Positions 55,815 through 64,000 of a stretch of 64,000 nucleotides of DNA are shown here, piece by piece. Location: the sequence record PZ445447.1. The stretch is one strand, 5' to 3'. Source of the stretch: a phage. The notes beneath the pieces are model-generated. The model saw only the letters and a list, made by a program, of their open reading frames with translations. It did no database searches and had not been told where the DNA came from. The position numbers and the translations under genes are program-made. Position 1 is the first letter of the stretch. The number at the start of each line of letters is the position of its first letter.

Positions 55815-56358
55815 AGAAATCTCTCTCCTCAGTTTTCTTTATAAACTCCTGCATGTAGAACTCAATAGCCTCATGCTTGGTGCACTCCGGATTAATGACA
55901 AGATTGAGATCTGATTCTGCTCGTGCAATGATCGTAGCTTTAGAGCATCTCCTCAAGAACTTTGTCATATCATCTCTGTAGTTTTTGTGGAGCGGGAAGT
56001 CGCTGTAGTCTTTCTCCAAATAGTCAGCCATCCGGCGCAACGCCTCTGATAAACTGCAATCTGTATACTCGTTACAGTATTTCATCCAGTATTTAAGCAC
56101 ATACCCCTCAAAGGTATTAGTGCATTGAGACAAAACACCCCTGCAACGACCAGTCAGATGATCATGATCTAAACAAGGCTTACGAAGTGGCTCGCACAAG
56201 ATTGGATCAAGACCATCCTGCTCCTCTGACAATTCTTTTCGAAAGTTGGCTATGTCCTTAGAATCTTTTAACCACCCGTTATGAACGGGAGCTTTGACAG
56301 CTTTCTTTCTTATTTTACGCTTTGCGATAATCCCTCCAGATGCGCCCTGCCTATCCAA
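55753..56358 (-). CDS. recombination endonuclease VII-like (T4 gp49 family) Holliday junction resolvase
   Basis: CEPLRKPCLDHDHLTGRCRGVLSQCTN matches Endo VII zinc/His-Me finger signature; start uncertain (TTG). Confidence 0.65.
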   Translation of the reverse strand: MDRQGASGGIIAKRKIRKKAVKAPVHNGWLKDSKDIANFRKELSEEQDGLDPILCEPLRKPCLDHDHLTGRCRGVLSQCTNTFEGYVLKYWMKYCNEYTDCSLSEALRRMADYLEKDYSDFPLHKNYRDDMTKFLRRCSKATIIARAESDLNLVINPECTKHEAIEFYMQEFIKKTEERDFYGDEKGIQSLRLSPDQDEIP

Positions 56359-56939
56359 TAAGCATCTGCAAGATCGGCCTTACCTTGTACCAAATTGATC
56401 CCATCTAGGAACCCAGGTTCAGATACTTCGCAGGCCTTAACCATCAACTTTTTATCCATCGTAACAGGTTTCTTCACAGTATGCTCTTTACCTGTCCTTT
56501 TGTCAAGCTTTTTCTTCTCCTCAAAAGCAAGTTCCTCAGGAAGATGACTACGAGCAAACTTTTTGGCAGTTGTTGGTGTCACTGTGTGGACCTTAAACAG
56601 GCCGTCATTTTCACAATCAGCTAAAGCATCCCAAAGCATAACTTCGAGACCGTAAAACAACCCAGCCAGTTCACGTGTGGCATCCCCGCGTGATCCAAAG
56701 GAAAGCCCTTCCATAACCACGGTGTCAACGTGGTGCGTGTGGATATAATATCTGACCTGTTTGCAGATCCAGTCAATACGCTCAGCAGCTGTTGCAAAAG
56801 AAACCGTCCCTGGTTTCTTCTCTTTTGCAGATGAGCTTTGAGTTCGTAACACAACCTTGTGAACAGGCTTTCCATCGTCCCATACAACGCAAGCTGTGTG
56901 TGTCAACGACTGGTCTATGGATAATAGACGCTCTCTCAT
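56310..56939 (-). CDS. RuvC-like Holliday junction resolvase
   Basis: LSIDQSLTHTACVV (IDPG-like N-terminus), VVMEGLSFG, C-terminal ADLADAYWIG. Confidence 0.55.
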   Translation of the reverse strand: MRERLLSIDQSLTHTACVVWDDGKPVHKVVLRTQSSSAKEKKPGTVSFATAAERIDWICKQVRYYIHTHHVDTVVMEGLSFGSRGDATRELAGLFYGLEVMLWDALADCENDGLFKVHTVTPTTAKKFARSHLPEELAFEEKKKLDKRTGKEHTVKKPVTMDKKLMVKACEVSEPGFLDGINLVQGKADLADAYWIGRAHLEGLSQSVK

Positions 56940-57271
56940 GCTTCCTCATCCTCCTCTCCTTCATCAGGAGCATAAGCCTTATCTTTGAACAGGACGAGAG
57001 AGCAAAGCTTAACATCTGTTTCCACACTGGTGAACATGCATAACCGCTCACCCTCAATCAGCTCACAATCCTCTTTTAAAACAGCAGACCATACACGGTC
57101 ATCTGCGTAATCATCCGTGTACAGGATGTATGAAATAGTGTCATCTTCATACAACCGCCACATACCTGTGGCAACAATAAATGTATTTTTTGTTTTAATG
57201 GTCCCTGTTGTATGATCATCCTCAAAAACAGCTTCCATAATTGCATTATCTACAGAATTTTTAGTCATCAA
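56936..57271 (-). CDS. hypothetical protein
   Basis: ORF track; 111 aa. Confidence 0.5.
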   Translation of the reverse strand: MMTKNSVDNAIMEAVFEDDHTTGTIKTKNTFIVATGMWRLYEDDTISYILYTDDYADDRVWSAVLKEDCELIEGERLCMFTSVETDVKLCSLVLFKDKAYAPDEGEEDEEA

Positions 57272-58407
57272 ATTGCTCCAACATTTCTAAGAACGTTAAC
57301 AAGTTTTGTTTGATCATTGAATGTTCGCTTCATATACAAACAGTCAAAAATTATACTCATCCATTGACCTACGGAAATTCTACGATCAACACCATTGAAG
57401 TCAGTATACTTAACAACACCTTTCGGGAACCACTTCTTGTACTGATCAATAATAGCCACCCACATCTCCTTTGGAGTGCTGCACTGAGACAGTAGGTAGA
57501 ATGCTGAGGCATCCCCGAACTTACCCTTACCGATAAGTCCTTGATACGGCTTGATATTGTCAGCAGAGTCACCACACAGCATTTGGTATCCGAAGAACAG
57601 CATTCCGTAACCACCAACCTCTCCATTAGGCTTCATGAAGATGTTTCCCATACCGTTATCGATCAGCATAGGGGTTTCCCTTACAAAATCTCCCTTATCG
57701 TTTCGCATGGGATCGAACACAAGCCCCGGTAGTGTTCTTTGGTCCTTATCAATAGAGATAATAAACTTGTTGAACTTACCTGTTTTTTGGTAGTGGTTCC
57801 AACCTTCAAATTGCTGGATAGCTAACCAGTCGTCAGCCTCGATACCGTTGATCACTTGAGCATTATACTGCTTTTGGAGATACTGTCTTGCATCTCCAAG
57901 CAGCAGTGGTCGAAGAGTATTGTTACGGTTGGCTTTGTATCTTTCCGGCATGGGAAGATCTAGTCTGAAATTACCTGTGCCTCCAAGTACCCCCACGCAC
58001 CGATCTTCCGGAATACCGAGATAATTAAGGACTGCATTAGCTTTACACTTAATTGTGTGCAAGCAGTTCTCTACAGGATCAGGGGTTTGGATATCCAAGA
58101 CATCGAAATCTTCTCGTGTCCACGGAATAAACTCCTTGCCAGCCTTTTTACATGCAGCTTCACGGTTGGTATTCTCAGCTTTTAACCAACCACCAACGGT
58201 GTTCTTCTGCCGCCCCCAGAACTCTGTCCGTGTTTTAAACATCTTCTTACGTCCGGAGGCTTTGTGTGTTACCTCAATTGTCCTTTTTTCACAACTTGCT
58301 GCAGCTTGATATGCAACCTGATCGAAGTCATAATAAACTATAGCGTCAGGTTCAAGAAGATCAGCCAGACAATCTATGGACTCAATAAGTGGATATTCTC
58401 TACTCAA
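57268..58407 (-). CDS. 5'-3' exonuclease / flap endonuclease (FEN, RNase H-like)
   Basis: ERYKANRNN, GIEADDWLAI and ISIDKDQRTL motifs. Confidence 0.8.
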   Translation of the reverse strand: MSREYPLIESIDCLADLLEPDAIVYYDFDQVAYQAAASCEKRTIEVTHKASGRKKMFKTRTEFWGRQKNTVGGWLKAENTNREAACKKAGKEFIPWTREDFDVLDIQTPDPVENCLHTIKCKANAVLNYLGIPEDRCVGVLGGTGNFRLDLPMPERYKANRNNTLRPLLLGDARQYLQKQYNAQVINGIEADDWLAIQQFEGWNHYQKTGKFNKFIISIDKDQRTLPGLVFDPMRNDKGDFVRETPMLIDNGMGNIFMKPNGEVGGYGMLFFGYQMLCGDSADNIKPYQGLIGKGKFGDASAFYLLSQCSTPKEMWVAIIDQYKKWFPKGVVKYTDFNGVDRRISVGQWMSIIFDCLYMKRTFNDQTKLVNVLRNVGAI

Positions 58408-58708
58408 AGACCCTCCTGTTAGTTATTCTGCAAGATGGTTGGATGCTGTAATGGAATGCATCATCACTTTCTGCAATAAGTGACTCAACATCCCAATACT
58501 TTTCAAAAAGGAACGGATTAGAACCCCAGTGATGAGTTATTTTCATCAAGGAGTCTGGTATCAGATAACCAGAGATCTTAACTACATCGCCAGGTTGAAT
58601 TGTGTTTTCATGAAGGTTGCTTGCCTTCTTCAGGATCATACCTTTATGATTCTCGTTTGCATACAACTGGACAATATCTTTATCTTCAATAATAAAAATT
58701 TTAAGCAT
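58400..58708 (-). CDS. hypothetical protein
   Basis: Minus-strand TTGACA, 17 nt spacer, TATTAT promoter upstream; 102 aa. Confidence 0.55.
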   Translation of the reverse strand: MLKIFIIEDKDIVQLYANENHKGMILKKASNLHENTIQPGDVVKISGYLIPDSLMKITHHWGSNPFLFEKYWDVESLIAESDDAFHYSIQPSCRITNRRVFE

Positions 58709-58767
58709 ATCTAGTTCTCCTGGTTTATAAATATCTGAACGATAATATCAGATTAATAACACTTTTG

Positions 58768-59061
58768 TCAAGACTTTTTAGTCTTTCTTGGAGAGCTTTT
58801 TGTTGATCTTTTCCTTTTGTGGTAGATTCCAAGTGCAGCGTTTTCTTGGGCGCACGTTTTAACAGTTCTCAGACAAGAACTTTCAGCTTTAGGCAGGTTT
58901 AACTCCCACCAACCAAGCCAGTAAAGTTCTGATTCAGACAACTGCTCAGATTCAGCCTTCCGATACAAGGCTTGCATACCTCTGATGATATCGTCCAGAG
59001 GTGTATCGAATACAAAAGCTGTCTTATCGAATTTCTCTTTTACAGGTCTCTTAGCCATCAA
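58768..59061 (-). CDS. hypothetical protein
   Basis: ORF track; basic C-terminal tail. Confidence 0.5.
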   Translation of the reverse strand: MMAKRPVKEKFDKTAFVFDTPLDDIIRGMQALYRKAESEQLSESELYWLGWWELNLPKAESSCLRTVKTCAQENAALGIYHKRKRSTKSSPRKTKKS

Positions 59062-59515
59062 GGTAACCCTCTATCCACGAAAAGTCAGTCTTCCATTCTG
59101 GAACTTTACTAAGCTCACGCCACTCTGCAAAGCAGTCTCGGTAATACGCCTCTGCCATACTCTTGGTGATCTTATTCACCTTAGCCAACTGATTAACTGC
59201 CTGAGCATACTTTCCACGGATATTTGCTAACCCAGGATGCACCGATGTGTGACAATCCGGGCACAGTGCTATCAGTCCGACAAGCCGGATCACTCCCTCT
59301 TCGAAAGTGTAAAGTTCATGACACTCCACTGGGTGTTTGCTGCCTTTACCGCCGCACACCTCACAAGTGTAGTTGGCTTCTCTATAGCACTTCTTACGTA
59401 TCTTATCCCACTCACTCTTCTTCACAGCGTTTCGGAGGTTATTATACCAAGCTGTTTCTGGGATCAGTTGCACAATAAGCCTGCGTTCAGACTTCATTAA
59501 ACGTCCGTCTTCCAC
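59051..59515 (-). CDS. hypothetical zinc-binding protein (possible HNH-like nuclease)
   Basis: CEVCGG...HPVECHE...CPDCH; GTG start after GAGGGAG. Confidence 0.4.
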   Translation of the reverse strand: MEDGRLMKSERRLIVQLIPETAWYNNLRNAVKKSEWDKIRKKCYREANYTCEVCGGKGSKHPVECHELYTFEEGVIRLVGLIALCPDCHTSVHPGLANIRGKYAQAVNQLAKVNKITKSMAEAYYRDCFAEWRELSKVPEWKTDFSWIEGYLDG

Positions 59516-59525
59516 GTGTTCTCCC

Positions 59526-59732
59526 TCATTCAAAGAAATGGGTGCGAGGGCAGGAACCTGCCTCACCTTGTTTCACAAGCTCGTAGAGCTCACCTTGACT
59601 TGTCTCATAAAGGCAAATACGTTTACCATTGTCCCGATATACATCGACAAGATACGCTGTTTCACCTGCAAACACGACACCACAGGACAGACATGCTACC
59701 ATGAACAAAATTGCCAACAGAAAATCTTTCAT
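59526..59732 (-). CDS. putative small lipoprotein (spanin or exclusion-like)
   Basis: AGGAGGG RBS; signal peptide with lipobox-like ...FMVACLSCG; 68 aa; directly downstream of endolysin. Confidence 0.55.
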   Translation of the reverse strand: MKDFLLAILFMVACLSCGVVFAGETAYLVDVYRDNGKRICLYETSQGELYELVKQGEAGSCPRTHFFE

Positions 59733-59795
59733 GGTTAAGCCCTCCTAAACATTTTATGAGGTAACAATACCACGTCCGTGTGGTTATGTCAATGA

Positions 59796-60266
59796 TCAAT
59801 CAAGGACAACACCGCCTGCCTTTTTAAACACCTCGATCAACTTCTCGATCTTCTGTTCATGCTGACCATATCCAGCACCAGGTAACGAAGCCCAGCGGGA
59901 ACGGCATTTATGGATAGCCTCGTGGATACGCCCTTCGTCAATGTCGGCGAGAGCCTTGCACTCACGGATCAGTTGCAACGCAATCTTGTCCTGACTGGCG
60001 GGGCCAAAATCTGGCAATCCTAACTGTTCCATGTAGTGTTTAGCAAACTTCTCCAAAACCTGGTAACGACCAGCAGCGGAGGAGGTAAGTTTAGCATTTA
60101 GCTTAACGTACACACCTGGATGCTTGCTGTAATCGCTAAACAGCTTGCCACCAACTATGACATCGTATCCCCGATCCTTAGTGGGTTGCCTACCATTATC
60201 TGTGCCTTCCGAATATGCGATCATGTCCAAGAAAGCTTTTCGTTGAACATTTTTATCAAGTTTCAT
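59796..60266 (-). CDS. endolysin, phage lambda R-like lytic transglycosylase
   Basis: QRKAFLDMIAYSEGTDNGRQ...GYDVIVGG...AGRYQ...WASLPGAGYGQHEQK matches lambda R nearly end to end as I recall it. Confidence 0.9.
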   Translation of the reverse strand: MKLDKNVQRKAFLDMIAYSEGTDNGRQPTKDRGYDVIVGGKLFSDYSKHPGVYVKLNAKLTSSAAGRYQVLEKFAKHYMEQLGLPDFGPASQDKIALQLIRECKALADIDEGRIHEAIHKCRSRWASLPGAGYGQHEQKIEKLIEVFKKAGGVVLD

Positions 60267-60389
60267 TTTTCATACTCTCCAGTTTACTCATAACTAACAC
60301 GATCAACAACACTACACAGTGTGGTTATGTAGGTGCCGATTGAAAACCATCATTCAATTGGCTACCGTTACCTACTGAACCTTCCTACA

Positions 60390-61673
60390 TCATTCAAGCA
60401 CCTCCCAAGTGTCTGGGTTAACATTTCGGACGCAGATACCGACAGGGAATTGGTAGTTGTTGTCTTCTGTCCTTGCTTGGTATTTGAAGGTGACAAACTT
60501 GCCGATCATTTCCTGCATCCTGTCATAGCTACGCTCCTCGTGCGTGCCTTTCATCTTCATTTTAACAACAACACCTTCCTTGTCAACACAGATAAGAACA
60601 CCTTCATCATTCTTATCTTTCTCAACGTCAATAACTTTCACCTCTGCGTCGTTGAACTTTTTCCATTTCAATGCTTCAGATGTTCGCTGACCATACTCAT
60701 ATTTACCGCAGAAATTACGCATGATAGTACCTTCATATCCTTCGGACATGAATATACCAACAGATTCTTCGCAATGATCAACTGTGTACGCAAGCTCCGC
60801 GTCAACAACCTTGATATGATCAAGCATCAGAGTGGTAACGGTATCCTCTGCATCCATAAGATCCTTGCAGCGTCCAGACTCTGTTTCTGGATCCCACCAC
60901 ACCTTGTCGCTAGGAATATCAAAAATGTGATACTCCAGATCGTAGCTACAGTATCCACCGTAACGCAAATCATCACGAACAGGCTCAACATCGACAGGAA
61001 TATCTACCTTGTTGAAGTTTTTGTATGTTGATAAGCCTGCCTTAATTGCTGCATGACGGCGTTTTTTATCTGCCTCATAGTCTTTATCGATCTCGGCCTG
61101 AATCTCTTCCTGTGTGCGCCACCGTTTAGCAAGAGACACTATTTTCTGCAAAGGAAGACCATGAATGTATAGTTCCCCATCAAGTTGTTTAATCCCAGTG
61201 GTAGAATGGAAAGAACGAAGTTGCTCTAAAAGCTTTCCTTGAATAGGGTAGGACTTATTACCACGGGAAATAAATTTAGGCTCACCATTTTGGAAAACAA
61301 CAAGCAGACGAAGGCCATCTAACTTACGCAAGATCCAGCAAGGTAATTTAAGTGCCTTGCCACGCTTCAGGTAGTCATGCACCAGCATAGGTAAAAGATC
61401 AACACCCTGCTCGCAATCTTCCATGTTTTCAACATACCCCAGACGGACTTGTTTTTCCCACTTGCTGATAGCCTCAAGCTCGGCCTGTTGCTCAGCTGTA
61501 GTCTCGTTGGCACGACCTACGTTTTTAGGTGTACATACCGTCTCTTTGTACTGCAATTTACCGTCAAGCTTGCCAAACTCTACGATAACCTTTTCGCCAT
61601 CAGTGAATACTTTCCACTGTTGGTAGCTGCCATCTTTGTTCAGTGCGTACAGTGTTGTTTTGATTTGATGCAT
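60390..61673 (-). CDS. ATP-dependent DNA ligase
   Basis: Nucleotidyltransferase motif I KLDGLR; 427 aa. Confidence 0.7.
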   Translation of the reverse strand: MHQIKTTLYALNKDGSYQQWKVFTDGEKVIVEFGKLDGKLQYKETVCTPKNVGRANETTAEQQAELEAISKWEKQVRLGYVENMEDCEQGVDLLPMLVHDYLKRGKALKLPCWILRKLDGLRLLVVFQNGEPKFISRGNKSYPIQGKLLEQLRSFHSTTGIKQLDGELYIHGLPLQKIVSLAKRWRTQEEIQAEIDKDYEADKKRRHAAIKAGLSTYKNFNKVDIPVDVEPVRDDLRYGGYCSYDLEYHIFDIPSDKVWWDPETESGRCKDLMDAEDTVTTLMLDHIKVVDAELAYTVDHCEESVGIFMSEGYEGTIMRNFCGKYEYGQRTSEALKWKKFNDAEVKVIDVEKDKNDEGVLICVDKEGVVVKMKMKGTHEERSYDRMQEMIGKFVTFKYQARTEDNNYQFPVGICVRNVNPDTWEVLE

Positions 61674-61942
61674 TACTCGGCCTCTTCCTTAAAAATTTTA
61701 AACATCTCTTCTTTACTCATTACCAACCAGTCTCCCATAAAGTCAACTAACCAATCTCCCTGGTACAAAACCAAGTTGCCAAACGGCTCAACAAGCTCAC
61801 ACATGCGACGAATATCTCTGGTCCGAACAGGTGACGATGTAAACACACCTGTATCAATCCACCGTTGCAGATCAGATACTGATGAAGAGCTTCCATCAAA
61901 CTGGTGTGCTTCTACAGGTTTAGCAAGATTAAATAACGGCAT
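61673..61942 (-). CDS. hypothetical protein
   Basis: ORF track; 89 aa. Confidence 0.5.
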   Translation of the reverse strand: MPLFNLAKPVEAHQFDGSSSSVSDLQRWIDTGVFTSSPVRTRDIRRMCELVEPFGNLVLYQGDWLVDFMGDWLVMSKEEMFKIFKEEAE

Positions 61943-62237
61943 TGCAGTCCTCCTTCTGTAGTAGGTCTTTTATAGGATAAACAAGTAAGTGTGGATCGGA
62001 ATAACGTATAGTCCTATTCTGCCACACTATGAACTTTATTACAACCAAATTTACAATATCTTTATCACCATGTAGCCCAACACACACATTTGTCCATATT
62101 TTGTGGTTGAAGATCTTGCTATCGATGTAGATTTTAGTGTCAAACTTATCTTCCATTCTACCTATAAGTTTGATCAGCTCCTTCATCTGGTCGCCAAACA
62201 CAGCATCTTTTTCAAGATCTCTGGAATGCTTGTACAT
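61929..62237 (-). CDS. hypothetical protein
   Basis: ORF track; 102 aa. Confidence 0.5.
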   Translation of the reverse strand: MYKHSRDLEKDAVFGDQMKELIKLIGRMEDKFDTKIYIDSKIFNHKIWTNVCVGLHGDKDIVNLVVIKFIVWQNRTIRYSDPHLLVYPIKDLLQKEDCNAVI

Positions 62238-62299
62238 AACTAACTACCTCACTGCATACTTTCCATAATAAGTAAAGCCGGGTAATCCCGGCTATGTTG

Positions 62300-63013
62300 T
62301 TAAATATACTCTGTTACATCCTTGAAGCTCGAAGGCTTCATAATCTTACCTTTACTGTCAAGGAATATAATAACTTTATTACCGTTGTAGAACTCCTCTT
62401 TAGCAACGAAACCTTCGTAGCGACCACCAAAACGACGCTCAAGATCTTCAATCTCTAACTCTATGAGCAATTCAGTAGACATATCTGCACTGGCACCGTG
62501 AGAATATCGTAGATGGTTGATCCGTGCAAACTTGCTGTCATTAGATTTGAGAACCTTCCGCATCATCCCACACACATCGCCGCGAAGCTGGAACAGCAAA
62601 GCTGTTGACAACTCCGCTAAGCGGTAAGCTGACGCTCTTTGCTTGGATGTGTTTTTCGCAGCGATCAGTGTATCATAGAACTCACCGATCTTGAACTTAA
62701 GACCTCGTGGATTATCAAACAGGTTTGACCACTTTTCGTGATTATCATTAACAAGATAAGCGGCATAACTTGTGACAACGTGAAGATCGCAGGCCTCTTT
62801 TAGCAGGTGATCTCCACCATCACCTTTCTCCAGCTCTTCCAAAACCTCATTGAACTCTTCCTCAATGAAGCTAAGCTGTAATTCGAATGGTGTGTATGAT
62901 TTTTTCACTTTAGCTGCCACACGGTTCCAGTTTTCCACCCAGTTGGCAGACCAAAGGTAGTTTTCAGGCTGAGACAGTTTTTCCAGGTTGTCGATCAGTT
63001 TAGTATTCAGCAT
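62300..63013 (-). CDS. hypothetical protein
   Basis: 237 aa; EE-rich helical N-terminal segment; no confident family. Confidence 0.55.
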   Translation of the reverse strand: MLNTKLIDNLEKLSQPENYLWSANWVENWNRVAAKVKKSYTPFELQLSFIEEEFNEVLEELEKGDGGDHLLKEACDLHVVTSYAAYLVNDNHEKWSNLFDNPRGLKFKIGEFYDTLIAAKNTSKQRASAYRLAELSTALLFQLRGDVCGMMRKVLKSNDSKFARINHLRYSHGASADMSTELLIELEIEDLERRFGGRYEGFVAKEEFYNGNKVIIFLDSKGKIMKPSSFKDVTEYI

Positions 63014-63026
63014 TAAAGGTCTCCTT

Positions 63027-63788
63027 TTAAAGTTCCATAAAGTTTTCTACGGTCTCAATGAATGTTTTATCAGAGAAAGCGTCAACCGCCCCGTTAAACC
63101 AAACCGGGATGCCGCGATCCTCGTACTGGTAAATATCACTACGTGAAATGCCATTCTCCTCTAGATGCTGTGAGTCGTATTTGTTAACGATCAGCAGTTT
63201 GGTGCCCTTATTGCAGGCAGGGAATAGCTCCCAGTTAAAATTGATAACTGTGTTGGAACACCCTACAAGGATAACCATATCATTGCTTGTAAGAGAAGTC
63301 AACAGGTCATACATGTCTGTATACTTCGGAGCTACTTCTCCGAAGAACACCACATTAGGTTTAACCCAGGTATACTTTCCTGCATCTACCTCAGAGTATC
63401 CAATGTCCTTAATGACGTCACTTCCTTCATCGTCCTCATAGACTATTTCTGGCAAATACCCGTGAACATGTAAAATATCTTCATGTTTTACACCAGCACG
63501 CTCCAGCAAATCATCTACATTGGTGGTAAGGTTGATCACACGACCAGACCAGCGGGAATACCACTCAGCGATCCGAAGATGTGCAAGGTTAGGCTCAACA
63601 CCGCCTAGAGCTACACGACGTGCATTGTAAAAGTCATGCACCTTGTAGTAGTTCTTGGCAAAGGTGTGGATGTTGCACACCTCATCGATGCTGAAATTCT
63701 CCCACATTGCAGTGCTACCAGATCGGAAAGTGGGAATACCAGATTCAGCGCTCAAACCAGCACCGGAGATAATAATCAGTCGTCGCAT
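63027..63788 (-). CDS. SIR2-family (sirtuin-like) protein lacking zinc ribbon
   Basis: GAGLSAESGIPTFRSG, TTNVDDL, catalytic-His HVHG, VVFFGE; no CxxC pairs. Confidence 0.75.
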   Translation of the reverse strand: MRRLIIISGAGLSAESGIPTFRSGSTAMWENFSIDEVCNIHTFAKNYYKVHDFYNARRVALGGVEPNLAHLRIAEWYSRWSGRVINLTTNVDDLLERAGVKHEDILHVHGYLPEIVYEDDEGSDVIKDIGYSEVDAGKYTWVKPNVVFFGEVAPKYTDMYDLLTSLTSNDMVILVGCSNTVINFNWELFPACNKGTKLLIVNKYDSQHLEENGISRSDIYQYEDRGIPVWFNGAVDAFSDKTFIETVENFMEL

Positions 63789-63796
63789 AAGTGTCC

Positions 63797-64000
63797 TCAG
63801 TAGATGTTTTGTTTAATCTCTATTCCAAACTTTTTAAACGAGTCAGCTGCAAGCATGAATTTACGAGCCGCTGATGGGTTAGAAGTATGCACGAAAATCT
63901 TCACGTTGTCAACTACAGGGGGCTCACCAAATACAAATTTTTCCTCCAACATAGATAGGCAATCGTACCCTTCGAACAACTCTCCAAGGTCGTTGTCCAT
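63797..64000 (-). CDS. hypothetical protein (ATG at window edge; may be complete or 5'-truncated)
   Basis: Open frame reaches the last base of the window. Confidence 0.35.
   Translation of the reverse strand: MDNDLGELFEGYDCLSMLEEKFVFGEPPVVDNVKIFVHTSNPSAARKFMLAADSFKKFGIEIKQNIY

Noticed and set aside
60333-61031. 232 aa plus-strand ORF antisense to the DNA ligase gene
   Set aside because: Entirely within the ligase gene on the opposite strand; the ligase has recognisable motifs and this frame has none. The same applies to 48277-48537, 54912-55121 and 41288-41743.
1-64000. Prophage or integrative element signals (integrase, att sites, repressor)
   Set aside because: No recombinase or repressor-like gene was recognised; content is that of a virulent phage replication and early region.

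Overview
This window reads as part of a large virulent, T5/T4-like phage genome, organised as two convergent transcription blocks separated by a 2.5 kb repeat-rich non-coding hub (26807-29273). The plus-strand block (1-26.8 kb) has replication genes (C5-methyltransferase-like, primase-helicase, family A DNA polymerase, SSB-like protein with overlapping HNH gene, macro-domain protein) followed by about 50 small early-type genes, most behind near-consensus sigma70 promoters, GC hairpins and A/C-rich leaders. The minus-strand block (29.3-64 kb) has a tandem array of small acidic paralogous proteins containing a clear ribosome hibernation factor (HPF/RaiA) homolog, then two adenine-type methyltransferases, a ClpP-like protease, PhoH, nrdG, nrdD split by a group I intron with an HNH homing endonuclease, nrdH/nrdB/nrdA, ThyX-like, dNMP kinase, two junction resolvases, flap endonuclease, a lambda R-like endolysin with a lipoprotein, ATP-dependent ligase and a zinc-ribbon-less SIR2-like protein. 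No tRNA, rRNA, CRISPR array or integrase was found. The strongest candidates for something new are the paralogous small-protein array with the phage HPF, the two tandem Fur-box-like operators with GC-rich palindromes, the macro/SIR2 pair, and the repeat hub. All coordinates and calls come from reading the sequence and the ORF track by eye; no searches were run, and starts I moved from the ORF track are inferences.
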